A stretch of 64,000 nt of DNA, taken from NCBI GenBank assembly GCA_964291395.2, contig OZ219856.1, positions 1,120,001 to 1,184,000 of the forward strand, read 5' to 3'. The notes under the pieces were generated by a model that saw only the letters and a program-made list of their open reading frames with translations, was not told where the DNA came from and searched no databases. Below, piece by piece: positions 49,233 to 58,885 of this stretch (positions are counted from its first letter, which is position 1; the number at the start of each line of letters is the position of its first letter). The stretch is from Alphaproteobacteria bacterium (lineage in GTDB: Bacteria > Pseudomonadota > Alphaproteobacteria > UBA2966). Position numbers and translations under genes: made by a program.

Positions 49233-50042
49233 GTGACCAGTGTCTTGCTGACGGGAGCGGCCGGCCGTATCGGGCCAACCATCCGGGATGGTCTTCGCGG
49301 CCGCTGCTCCCTGCTGCGGGTTTCGCATCATAGCCTCGACCGCCTTGGAGCGGCTGCCCCCGGCGAAGAGCTGAACCAAGCCGACCTCTGCAGTCTCGCC
49401 GACATGGAGGCTGCGATGGAAGGGATTGACGTCGTGGTCCATATGGGCGGACGGGGAACGGAGGCGGAGTGGGAGGTCATTCATGAGAAGAATATCGTCG
49501 GAACCTACAACGTGTTCGAGGCGGCGCGCCGGCAGAAGGTTCGGCGGGTGATCTACGCGAGTTCACACCACGCCGTCGGCTTCTATCGCCGCTCGAATAC
49601 CCTCGATCTCAACGTGGCGCCGCGGCCGGATGGCCCGTATGGCGTCTCCAAGGTGTTCGGTGAGGCGCTCGGCCGCATGTACGCGGACAAACATGGAATG
49701 AGCGTTGTATCATTGCGGATTGGAGCGTTCAGACAGAAGCCCGAGGATATCCGTCATCTCAGCGTCTGGCTGAGTCCGAGGGACTGTCTACAGCTCATCA
49801 TCAAATGCATTGAGGCTCAGGATCTCCACTACGCCGTCATCTACGGCATATCCAACAATACGCGTTCGATATGGGATAACTCCGGCGCGGCTCTGATCGG
49901 TTACAAGCCGGAAGACGACGCCGAAGTTTACCTTGAGGAGGTGCTCCAGAAGGGGACACCCGAGGGAGACATCGCGGCCGTGTTTCACGGCGGCCATTTC
50001 TGCCAGATGGATTTCGACGGAGATTCCTCTCGCATCGATTAG
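49233..50042 (+). CDS. NAD-dependent epimerase/dehydrogenase (uronate dehydrogenase-like)
   Basis: TGAAGRIG, ASSHHAVG, PYGVSK, WLSPRD. Confidence 0.85.
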   Translation: MTSVLLTGAAGRIGPTIRDGLRGRCSLLRVSHHSLDRLGAAAPGEELNQADLCSLADMEAAMEGIDVVVHMGGRGTEAEWEVIHEKNIVGTYNVFEAARRQKVRRVIYASSHHAVGFYRRSNTLDLNVAPRPDGPYGVSKVFGEALGRMYADKHGMSVVSLRIGAFRQKPEDIRHLSVWLSPRDCLQLIIKCIEAQDLHYAVIYGISNNTRSIWDNSGAALIGYKPEDDAEVYLEEVLQKGTPEGDIAAVFHGGHFCQMDFDGDSSRID

Positions 50043-50181
50043 AACTGCGGGAATTCCAGCGCTGAGAGGCGGCCGAGCGGCACGACCTGCAAGCGTTTCC
50101 GTGATGCCGTGGACCATTGACGGTGCCGTAATCCGGCAATAAGCATCGGCCGATGCGCTTTCGATACAGAGAGGCAACCGC

Positions 50182-51333
50182 ATGAGGAGCAGTCAGGCCG
50201 AGAGCATGGAGGCGACGATTCCTCCACTGTTCGAGCCTTACGAGATCCGGGGGCTTGATTTGATCAACCGGGTCGTCGTCGCGCCGATGGGCCAGTACGC
50301 TTGCGACGACGGCATGCCCAACGATTGGCAACTCGTGCACCTGGGAAGCCGCGCCATCGGCGGCGCCGGGCTCGTCATCGCCGAAATGTGCAACGTGGCG
50401 CCGGAAGGCCGGGTCACCCCGCGTTGCTCGGGACTCTACAAGGACGAGCACGTCGCGCCGTGGAAGCGCGTGGTTGACTTCGTGCACGAGCATTCGGACG
50501 CCAAGATCGGCATTCAGCTCGGTCACGCAGGGCGCAAGGGTGCGACCAAGGTGATGTGGGAGGGCCAGAACCAGTCGGTGGAAGAAGGTGGCTGGCCGCT
50601 GCTGTCCGCGTCGGCCATCGCCTACTCGAACGAGAGCACCGTGCCCCAGGCTCTGGACCGGGAACTGATGGACATGGTGCTCGGGCAATATCGGCGGGCG
50701 GCCCAACGAGCGCTCGAGGCCGGTTTCGACATGCTGGAGCTGCACGGCGCGCACGGCTACCTTCCCTCGAGCTTCATCTCGCCTATCTCCAACCGGCGGG
50801 AGGACGAGTATGGCGGCAGTCTCGAGAACCGCATGCGCTTTCCCCTCAAGATGGTGGATGCCGTCCGCAGGGTCATGCCCGACGACATGCCCTTCGGCAT
50901 CAAGATCTCGGCGAGCGATCTGACCGACGGCGGCAACGAGATCGATGACGGCATCGAGATCGCCCGCATGCTCAAGGAACACGGTGGCGTCGACTACATC
51001 TGCCCCTCGGGTGGGGGCATCGTGCCGTGGGGCGGGCAGCCGCGCCCCCGGCCGAAGGGGTTCGCCGAATATGCTCACCGGATTCGCCGCGAGGTCGGCA
51101 TCCCCACCATGGCCGTCGGCAACATCAACACGGTGGAAGAAGTGAACTCCGTGCTTGAGAATGGCGACGCCGATCTCGTGGCGTTGGCTCGCGGGCACCT
51201 GCGCGATCCTTACTGGACACTGCACGCGGGATTGGAGCTCGAATACGATGGGCAGCCTTGGCCCGACCGCTACTTCACTGTGCCGCGCCTGGCCAAGCTG
51301 AAACGCGGGAATCCCGACGCCGACGGCCAATAG
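50182..51333 (+). CDS. NADH:flavin oxidoreductase (Old Yellow Enzyme family)
   Basis: NRVVVAPM, QLGHAGRK, ELHGAHGYL, DEYGGSLENRMRF. Confidence 0.92.
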   Translation: MRSSQAESMEATIPPLFEPYEIRGLDLINRVVVAPMGQYACDDGMPNDWQLVHLGSRAIGGAGLVIAEMCNVAPEGRVTPRCSGLYKDEHVAPWKRVVDFVHEHSDAKIGIQLGHAGRKGATKVMWEGQNQSVEEGGWPLLSASAIAYSNESTVPQALDRELMDMVLGQYRRAAQRALEAGFDMLELHGAHGYLPSSFISPISNRREDEYGGSLENRMRFPLKMVDAVRRVMPDDMPFGIKISASDLTDGGNEIDDGIEIARMLKEHGGVDYICPSGGGIVPWGGQPRPRPKGFAEYAHRIRREVGIPTMAVGNINTVEEVNSVLENGDADLVALARGHLRDPYWTLHAGLELEYDGQPWPDRYFTVPRLAKLKRGNPDADGQ

Positions 51334-51359
51334 GCTTGACGCCGCGATGGACGAGCTCC

Positions 51360-51800
51360 ATGGCTAGGGTCCCGGCGGTCGATCCCTGCGTCGCCAGCGT
51401 CCTGAAGACCTATCCCTGCGCCGTGCGTTCCAGGATCCTCGAGTTGCGAGAACTCATCTACGAGACGGCGGCGTCGACCGAGGGAGTCGGTCCACTGACC
51501 GAGACGCTGAAATGGGGCGAACCCGCGTATCTGACGGAAAAGAGCGGGAGCGGGACGACGATACGAATCGCCTGGAAGGCCAAAACGCCCGAACGGTACG
51601 GCATGTACTTCCACTGCCAGACCAGGCTCGTGGATACCTTCCGCGGCCTGTTTCCCGATGCCTTCACCTTCGAGGGCAACCGCGCCATCGTTTTCGACCG
51701 ATCCGATCCGGTGCCGACAGGGCCGCTCTCCCACTGTGTCGCGATGGCGTTGACCTACCATCGCAGGAAGGCCTCCCCGGGACGGGAAACGAGCGCGTAG
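51360..51800 (+). CDS. DUF1801 (YdhG-like) protein
   Basis: ETLKWGEPAY, YFHCQT, FEGNRAI, ALTYH. Confidence 0.8.
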   Translation: MARVPAVDPCVASVLKTYPCAVRSRILELRELIYETAASTEGVGPLTETLKWGEPAYLTEKSGSGTTIRIAWKAKTPERYGMYFHCQTRLVDTFRGLFPDAFTFEGNRAIVFDRSDPVPTGPLSHCVAMALTYHRRKASPGRETSA

Positions 51801-51803
51801 GTC

Positions 51804-52310
51804 ATGGACTTGACCTATCGCTCCCCCAAGACCGAGGTCCGGGAAAGTCCCATTCACGGCAAGGGCCTGTTCACCCGCGAGCCCGTCTCCGCCGGCGAGA
51901 TCGTCGCCGTGAAGGGCGGCCATATCGTGGACAGGGAAACCTGGCAGGAGATCGAGACGGAACTTGGATCTGCCGAGATCCAGGTTACCGAGGACTTGTT
52001 TATCGCGCCCGTTCGCCAGGACCACCGAGACGGCAGCATGCTCTTCATCAATCATTCCTGCGATCCCAACATCGGGCCACAGGGGCAGATCGTCTTCGCC
52101 GCCATGCGCGACATCGAGGCCGGTGAGGAGCTTACCCACGACTGGGCGACGACCGACGATCTCGACTACGAGATCGCCTGCAATTGCGGCGCGGTGCGTT
52201 GCCGCGGAAGGGTCACGGGCAAGGACTGGATGAAGCCCGAGCTGCAGGAGAAGTACGCGGGCTGGTTCTGCTGGTTCCTCCAGCGCAAGATCGACGAAGA
52301 ACAGAATTGA
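51804..52310 (+). CDS. SET-domain protein with post-SET zinc motif
   Basis: SPIHGKGLF, FINHSCDPN, RDIEAGEELTHDW, CNCGAVRCRG. Confidence 0.9.
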   Translation: MDLTYRSPKTEVRESPIHGKGLFTREPVSAGEIVAVKGGHIVDRETWQEIETELGSAEIQVTEDLFIAPVRQDHRDGSMLFINHSCDPNIGPQGQIVFAAMRDIEAGEELTHDWATTDDLDYEIACNCGAVRCRGRVTGKDWMKPELQEKYAGWFCWFLQRKIDEEQN

Positions 52311-52334
52311 GCCGGACCTCGGGTCCGACCCCGG

Positions 52335-53063
52335 TTACATCAGCGCGCCGGAATTGAGACTGGAGCCGCCGCAGACGAACAGCGTCTGGCCGGTGATGAA
52401 CTCGGACTCCGCTTGCATGAAGAAGGCGACCGCGTGGGCGACATCCTCGGGCTTGCCGAATCGTCCCACCGCGAGGCTCGAGACGCGGGCGTCGCGCTTC
52501 TCGCTCCCCGGCGGATGATTCCTGGTGAACATGGGCGTCTCGATGGGGCCCGGCGCCACGGCGTTGACGGTGATCCCGTAGGTCCCGAGCTCCAGCGTCC
52601 AGGCCCGCGTAAAGCCGATCACGCCTGCCTTGGCCGCCGTGTAGACGGAGCGGTCCTTGAGAATGCCTTGCACCAACTCCGAAGAGATATTGACGATACG
52701 GCCGAACCCTTGCGCCTTCATCGACGGCAGCACGGCCTGGGCGCACTGGAACGGCGCCGTCATGTTGAGTTGAACGAAGTCGGCATAGTCCCGGTCCGTA
52801 ATCTCCCCGAGCGGTATGGGTCGAACCTGACCCACGTTGTTGACGAGGCCGTTGAACTGGTATCGGTCCGTGACGTCCTTCAGGAATTCGCTGGCGGCAC
52901 CGTGATCCCCGAGATCGGCGGCGAGGAAGTCGCCGGGGAAGGTGTCCTCCGGCTCGGACCGGGCCACGCCGACCACGCGGTGGCCGTCCCGCGCGAGGCG
53001 TTCGGCACACGCACGGCCGATCCCTTTGCTGGCACCCGTGACAAGGGTCACACGTTCGTTCAT
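52335..53063 (-). CDS. SDR family oxidoreductase
   Basis: TGASKGIG, NNVG, YTAAK, VAPGPIET. Confidence 0.92.
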   Translation of the reverse strand: MNERVTLVTGASKGIGRACAERLARDGHRVVGVARSEPEDTFPGDFLAADLGDHGAASEFLKDVTDRYQFNGLVNNVGQVRPIPLGEITDRDYADFVQLNMTAPFQCAQAVLPSMKAQGFGRIVNISSELVQGILKDRSVYTAAKAGVIGFTRAWTLELGTYGITVNAVAPGPIETPMFTRNHPPGSEKRDARVSSLAVGRFGKPEDVAHAVAFFMQAESEFITGQTLFVCGGSSLNSGALM

Positions 53064-53171
53064 TCCGTAACGTCCCCCCATGTCTTACACTGCGGACGAA
53101 GTCCCGGCGGGCAAGCCTACGGGGTTGCGCGCCGAGGGAGCAATCGCCAAAGGCACGGCCACGAATCGCCG

Positions 53172-53483
53172 ATGCACGCACCATTGCCAGAGGCCTACAA
53201 ACGTCCACCCTATCGCCGTTCGTGGACCGAAGCGTGGTTGCGTCTCGGCGTTACTGGGACCCTGATTACGGCCCTCGCTGTATCCATCCACTTCACGTTG
53301 GTGGCGAGCGATATGGTACCCAACGAGGACCCGGATTATTGGCGCCTACGCTTCCTCTGGTGGAGCGTCGTCGTGATGGTCATCGTGGGGCTGCGCGGTC
53401 TGGCCTGGGTCTTCGACGCCCTGGTCCCCAGCCGCACGCCGTACGGGCGCACCGCAAGCTATCGGACCGTCCACGATATCTAG
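53172..53483 (+). CDS. Small hypothetical membrane protein (2 TM)
   Basis: Two hydrophobic segments in the gap between the SDR genes; no family recognised. Confidence 0.45.
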   Translation: MHAPLPEAYKRPPYRRSWTEAWLRLGVTGTLITALAVSIHFTLVASDMVPNEDPDYWRLRFLWWSVVVMVIVGLRGLAWVFDALVPSRTPYGRTASYRTVHDI

Positions 53484-53626
53484 CCCGCACGAGCGTCGCG
53501 CCCAGGCGTTCGATACGCGGCGGGCGGGCGCCTGGGCGCGACCCGAAGGGCGGCGCTCTCCGGCCTACAGAGTGCGTCAAACCGCTCGCCCGATGACCGT
53601 CCACGATATGCGGGCTAGGCTCGGCT

Positions 53627-54358
53627 CTAAAGAGGTCCCGTCCCGCCGAGACCCGAACCGCCGTCGACGAACAGGGTCTGGCCGGTCACCCAACTCGTTT
53701 CCTCCGACATGAAGAAGGCGACTGCATTTGCGATGTCTTCGGGCTCTCCGATGCGGCCTACCGCGATCTTGGCGAGTTTGGCGTTTCGCAGTTCGCTGCC
53801 GACTGGGTTGCGCCGGGTGAACATCTCCGTCTCCACGGGTCCGGGCGCGACGTTGTTCACGGTGATCCCGTAAGGACCCAGTTCATAGGACCAGGTGCGG
53901 GCCACGGCATGGAGGCCCGCCTTCGCCGCCGTATATCCCGTGCGGTTGAAATGTCCGAGGACGAGCTCGCTCGAAATGTTGACGATGCGGCCGAATCCCT
54001 CCTGCTTCATTTGGGGGACGCAGGCTTGCACGGTCTGTACCGTGCTCGTCAGGTTGATCTGGATCTCGGTGTCAAAGTCGTCGAGGTCATAGTCCTCGAC
54101 CGGTTGGTGACTGGCGAAGCCGACGTTGTTAACGATGCCGTTGATGGTGTGCCGGCACGTGAGTCCGGCCAACGCGTGTGATAGAGCCCTGCGATCGGTC
54201 AGATCGACCTCCAGGAGCTCGCCGGGAAAGCTCTCGTCTGTCCTGTTGCGAGCAATGCCGATGATGTTATGGCCTTGGCGGGACAGGAGCTCCGTGCAGG
54301 CGCGGCCGATGCCGCGCGTGGCGCCGGTGATCAGCGTGGTACGGTCATGGGCAGCCAT
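53627..54358 (-). CDS. SDR family oxidoreductase, paralog of 52335..53063
   Basis: TGATRGIG, GRIVNISSELV, YTAAK, ELGPYGITVN. Confidence 0.92.
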   Translation of the reverse strand: MAAHDRTTLITGATRGIGRACTELLSRQGHNIIGIARNRTDESFPGELLEVDLTDRRALSHALAGLTCRHTINGIVNNVGFASHQPVEDYDLDDFDTEIQINLTSTVQTVQACVPQMKQEGFGRIVNISSELVLGHFNRTGYTAAKAGLHAVARTWSYELGPYGITVNNVAPGPVETEMFTRRNPVGSELRNAKLAKIAVGRIGEPEDIANAVAFFMSEETSWVTGQTLFVDGGSGLGGTGPL

Positions 54359-54591
54359 GCTTCATGCCTTAGTTCGCCGCATCCGGCGGTCCGGACAGGC
54401 CGCGTCGGGTGTTTTCTGACATGAAACTTTTTTTCCTCTCAGGAATATTGACATGTCGGATGCCTGGAGCGAAGGTTGCATAATTTCACGGAAAGAGGTG
54501 GCGTGACCAGCAGAGGCCATCCTCCGGTACGCTGGTCGTGTGGACCGGTTGGGCTCTGTACACCGGAAAGAGAGCGCGGAGAGGAAAAGGA

Positions 54592-55947
54592 ATGAGCATC
54601 GACGTCGAGGTGCCGAGCGGTAATTTCAGAGGATACGACCTCAACACCCGGTCGTTTCAGGAGCCGGACGACGAACTGACGAAGATCGGTCCCGGCACCC
54701 CCTGCGGGGAGTATCTGCGGCGCTACTGGCACCCCATCGCCATGACCGAACAGATCGACGAGTTCCCGCTCCGAATCAGGCGGTTCGGGGAGGATCTGGT
54801 CCTCTTTCGCGACAAGTCTGGCCAGTACGGCTGCCTTCATCTCCATTGCAGTCACCGCAACACGTCGCTGGAATTCGGCATCATCGAGCGGAAGGGGATC
54901 CGCTGCTGCTATCACGGCTGGCTCTACGACGTCGACGGCACCATCCTGGAGACGCCTGGCGAACCCGTGGACAGCAAGATCAAGGACCGCGTCGCTCACG
55001 GCGCATATCCGACGATCGAATACCGGGGTTTGGTGTTCACCTACTTTGGTCCTCCGGACGAGATGCCGACGTTCCCGTTCCTTGATCACATGGATCTCGG
55101 CCCCGGGGACGAGATGGTGCCGTTCCTCATTCCCAATCCGTGCAATTGGCTTCAGACCTACGAGAATTCGTTCGATCCTCACCATACCGTTCATCTGCAT
55201 ACGCGCGTGTCGGGCACCCAGTTCACGGACGAGTTCGCCGTACATCCGGAGTTCGAGATCTTCGAACGCCCCTACGGCTATTTCTACACCAACGCCCGCC
55301 GGGTCGAGGACAAGGTATGGATTCGGTTCCATGACCACCTGCCGCCCAACTTCTCGCAGAACGGCAGCATGTTCCCGGACGCCAAGAGGAACGCCTATTT
55401 CCTCAAGGCGGGCCTGACCCGGTGGGTGGTGCCGGTCGATGACGAGAACAACATCACCATCGCATGGCGACACTTCATCGACGGCTACGATCCCTTCGGC
55501 CTCGGCGACAAGTCGAAGTGTGGATACAACTCCGTCGATTTCTATGGCCAGACCGACGAGCTGCCCTACGAGGAACGACAGCGCAAGCCCGGCGACTACG
55601 AGGCCTGGGTGGGGCAGGGCGCCGTCAGTATCCACAAGGCGGAGAACCTCGGCGAGACCGACAAAGGCGTCGCCATGGCGCGGCGCCATCACCGGGAACA
55701 GATCCGGGCCCTGCAGAAGGGTGAACGACTGCCGCAGCCGACCGATCTCGGCCTGCCGGTGCCTCTCTACGGCGGCGACTCGGTGTTGACCATCCCCAGG
55801 AGCGACGAGGACGACCGCAAGACGGTCCGCGAAGTCTGCCATGGCGTGGCTGCGATCTACATGGAAGGCGACAAATACTCGGGCGACGATCGCGAGGAGT
55901 TCATCGTCAGGAGTTTGAAGAATCTCGAAGAGACTTGGCGGGACTAG
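54592..55947 (+). CDS. Rieske non-heme iron oxygenase alpha subunit
   Basis: CSHR...CCYHGW; ENSFDPHHTVHLH. Confidence 0.9.
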   Translation: MSIDVEVPSGNFRGYDLNTRSFQEPDDELTKIGPGTPCGEYLRRYWHPIAMTEQIDEFPLRIRRFGEDLVLFRDKSGQYGCLHLHCSHRNTSLEFGIIERKGIRCCYHGWLYDVDGTILETPGEPVDSKIKDRVAHGAYPTIEYRGLVFTYFGPPDEMPTFPFLDHMDLGPGDEMVPFLIPNPCNWLQTYENSFDPHHTVHLHTRVSGTQFTDEFAVHPEFEIFERPYGYFYTNARRVEDKVWIRFHDHLPPNFSQNGSMFPDAKRNAYFLKAGLTRWVVPVDDENNITIAWRHFIDGYDPFGLGDKSKCGYNSVDFYGQTDELPYEERQRKPGDYEAWVGQGAVSIHKAENLGETDKGVAMARRHHREQIRALQKGERLPQPTDLGLPVPLYGGDSVLTIPRSDEDDRKTVREVCHGVAAIYMEGDKYSGDDREEFIVRSLKNLEETWRD

Positions 55948-56014
55948 CCGAGACTAGCCGAGATGAGGCTCCCGCGCTGAGCGGACCATCCCGACCGGAC
56001 CGGGGCCCGCCGTT

Positions 56015-56767
56015 CTAGGCGGCGCGCTTTCGGGGACGCGGCGAGACCCGTTGTGGGCGGGTGTTCTTCTCCGGCTGAACGGTCAGCGGAAAGTCGTCGA
56101 TCGGACGCTGGGCGAATTTCGCTTCCGCCTTCTCGATGTCCATCTTGTGACCGACGACGTGGCGCTCGTTGCCGCCGATCGTGGGATCGATCGCGTTCCG
56201 CCCCTTGCGTTGCCGGGTATCCGGCTCGAACGTCTCCGGCTCGAGCCCGTGGACGTTGAAGTTGAGGAATACGGTCGGCTCGGTTTCCGCGGCGAACCAA
56301 TGGACGTTGCGGTGGAACTCGGAGGTCTGCATCGTGTCGCCGACTTCGTGCACGCCGTCGAATACCGGCATCAACAACACCGAGTCGTCGGTGATTCGCG
56401 CCAGCCGCTCGTATTCCCGTGCCCGCATGCGGCCGGCCATCACCAACTGCGTGGAAACGTGGTTGAAATGATAGTGCGGCGGATGGGCCGTGTTGGGCTC
56501 CAGGTAGATGAGCTGCAGGGTGAAATCCCGGGTCTTCTTGATCTCCCGCCAGAGGATACGGTCGCGCCGGTTGGCGAGACAGTCCTCGATATGGGGGCCG
56601 AGCCGGGTCCACAGGTCGGCCCCGCGGTATGTACTCAGCACCTCCCTTTGGAACTGCGGAACCGTAAGCTCGCGCCGGCCGAGGCGGGTGATCAGCCCGC
56701 GGATCGCCTTCACGGTGGGAGAACGCCATTCGGACACATCCGTTCTGAAACCGGCCATGCGGTTCAC
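56015..56767 (-). CDS. Hypothetical protein with cupin-like His motif
   Basis: HPPHYHFNH...GRMRAREY...NVHWF. Confidence 0.55.
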   Translation of the reverse strand: MNRMAGFRTDVSEWRSPTVKAIRGLITRLGRRELTVPQFQREVLSTYRGADLWTRLGPHIEDCLANRRDRILWREIKKTRDFTLQLIYLEPNTAHPPHYHFNHVSTQLVMAGRMRAREYERLARITDDSVLLMPVFDGVHEVGDTMQTSEFHRNVHWFAAETEPTVFLNFNVHGLEPETFEPDTRQRKGRNAIDPTIGGNERHVVGHKMDIEKAEAKFAQRPIDDFPLTVQPEKNTRPQRVSPRPRKRAA

Positions 56768-57008
56768 TCCGATCGGTTCATTTCCGCAAGGATATCACGA
56801 GAGCCCCGATGTCCCGACTCCTTGGTTTTCCCTCAAGAAGACCCTGTTGACACATCCGGCAAGACGATCCCGACGGCACCTGTCATGGACCCGGTATCCC
56901 GGACGCCAGTGGTCACCGGGTGATCGGGCGGCTATATAGTGTCGCGGAGCGGTCGCGCACGCCGGGGCAGGGGCGCGGCGGTGCGGGAGACGAGCAGGAG
57001 GCGTTCCA

Positions 57009-58367
57009 ATGACGATTAGGGTTCACGAGCCGTCCGGCGACTATCGGGGATACGACAAGACCGGTGTCATCTCCCTTCCGCCGGAGGACCTGCTGCACCG
57101 CGTGGGGCCCGGCACTCCCTGCGGAGAATACCTGCGCCGCTTCTGGCATCCCGTTTTCCTCGGCTCGATGCTCAAGGATCTGCCCGTACGCATTCGCCGC
57201 CTGGGTGAGGACCTCGTCATCTTCCGGGACGGCTCGGGCCGCCTCGGTCTCGTGCACGCCAACTGCAGCCACCGCAACACGTCCCTCGAATACGGCATCA
57301 TCGAAGAAAAGGGCATTCGCTGCTGCTATCACGGTTGGCATTACGATGTGGACGGCACGATCCTCGAGACGCCGGGTGAGCCCGACGCCAGCAAGATCAA
57401 GGAACGAATCGCCCATGGCGCCTATCCCGTCGTGGAGGTGGAAGGCTTGATCTTCGCCTACATGGGACCCGTCGAGAAGATTCCGCCGTTCCCCCTGTTC
57501 GACACCATGAGCCTTCCCGGCGACGAGATGGTGCCGGCGATGATTCCCAATCCCTGCAATTGGCAGCAGATCGCCGAAAACTCCATCGATCCCTATCACG
57601 TGGTGTTCCTGCATTCCCGCGTGAGCGGGATCCAGTTCCAGAACGAATTCCAGTTGATGCCGGTGTTCGACTACTTCGAGCGTCCCAACGGCGTTTTCTA
57701 TACCAGCGCCCGCCGTGTCGACGACAAGGTCTGGATCCGCGTGCACGATCACCTGATCCCCAACTTCTCCCAAAACGGCGGGATGTTCACGCAAGGCGAT
57801 CAGGAAGAGCTCTATTTCGCCCGGGCGGGCCTGACCCGTTGGATCGTGCCCGTGGACGACGAGAATTCCCTCTACGTCGCCTACCGTCATTTCAACGAGG
57901 AAACGGACCCGCTCGGCCTCGGCGACAAGGACAAGGTCGGCTGGAACTCGATCGATTTCTATGGTCAGACCGGGGAGCGAACCTACGAAGAGGCACAAAA
58001 GGGCCCAAGCGACTACGAGGCCTGGGTGGGGCAGGGCGCCATCACCGTCCACGACCGTGAGAATCTTGCGTACACGGACCAGGGCGTCTCGATGTACCGG
58101 CAACGGCTGCGCAACGCCATCCAACGGCTGCAGGCGGGAGAGGAGCCCATGCAGCCGTCCGATCTCGGCCTGCCCATCCCGACCTACGCGGGGGATACCA
58201 TCCTTCGGATACCCAAAAGCAATGCGGACGATCGCGCGCTGCGGTCCGAGGTTTCCAGGAAGGTGGCCGAGATTTTCCGCAGCGGCGACGAGCTCGTGGG
58301 CGAGGAACGTCGCCAGCACATCAAGCGACGGCTCCGCGACCTGGACGATCGCCGTGGCGGGGGATAG
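57009..58367 (+). CDS. Rieske non-heme iron oxygenase alpha subunit, close paralog of 54592..55947
   Basis: CSHR...CCYHGW; ENSIDPYHVVFLH; shared DFYGQT, DYEAWVGQG. Confidence 0.9.
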   Translation: MTIRVHEPSGDYRGYDKTGVISLPPEDLLHRVGPGTPCGEYLRRFWHPVFLGSMLKDLPVRIRRLGEDLVIFRDGSGRLGLVHANCSHRNTSLEYGIIEEKGIRCCYHGWHYDVDGTILETPGEPDASKIKERIAHGAYPVVEVEGLIFAYMGPVEKIPPFPLFDTMSLPGDEMVPAMIPNPCNWQQIAENSIDPYHVVFLHSRVSGIQFQNEFQLMPVFDYFERPNGVFYTSARRVDDKVWIRVHDHLIPNFSQNGGMFTQGDQEELYFARAGLTRWIVPVDDENSLYVAYRHFNEETDPLGLGDKDKVGWNSIDFYGQTGERTYEEAQKGPSDYEAWVGQGAITVHDRENLAYTDQGVSMYRQRLRNAIQRLQAGEEPMQPSDLGLPIPTYAGDTILRIPKSNADDRALRSEVSRKVAEIFRSGDELVGEERRQHIKRRLRDLDDRRGGG

Positions 58368-58408
58368 GCGTCGGACCTGGGACCAGACGCGCAACGAAGG
58401 GGACTGAC

Positions 58409-58582
58409 ATGATCGACAGGTACAGCAAGATCGTCCTGACGGTGATTGCAGCGGCGCTGTGCGCGCTGGTGCTCCAAAACGCTACGACCCCCGCGGAGGC
58501 CGTGGGACGAGACTGTGGGGAGAGATTCGATCCCTGCTACGTCAAAGTACAGGGGAGTGTAAGTGTCAAGCCCCTGCACTAG
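58409..58582 (+). CDS. 57-aa secreted or membrane-anchored small protein (not in ORF track)
   Basis: GAAGGGG RBS; MIDRYSKIVLTVIAAALCALVLQNATTPAEAVGRDCGERFDPCYVKVQGSVSVKPLH. Confidence 0.7.
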   Translation: MIDRYSKIVLTVIAAALCALVLQNATTPAEAVGRDCGERFDPCYVKVQGSVSVKPLH

Positions 58583-58885
58583 GACATTCCGTTTCGTCTT
58601 GATGCGAGGAAGCGCCCGCTTGCGTTGCCGAACAGGAGGAATAGAATTGCGCCGCGTTCGGTTTCGGAGCCCGGTCGGCGATCAAATCGTGCTTGGCGCG
58701 AACAAACCCGCGCCAGTACAATTGGGAAACGATTCGGGTGGCCTTGCGCCGGACCATCCCGATCACGAGCGACACACGAAGGGAGGTTGGACCGGGATCT
58801 CCGCGGGGCGGCGGGCGGTCGACACGGACATCATCGTCTCTGACGACACGGAGCCGAGCATCCGCGGGAATACGGGCAAGGACGT

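Noticed and set aside
50182-51333. OYE or LLM flavoenzymes as the missing thiazoline oxidase
   Set aside because: Wrong families (azoline dehydrogenases are nitroreductase-fold) and both lie in unrelated gene blocks
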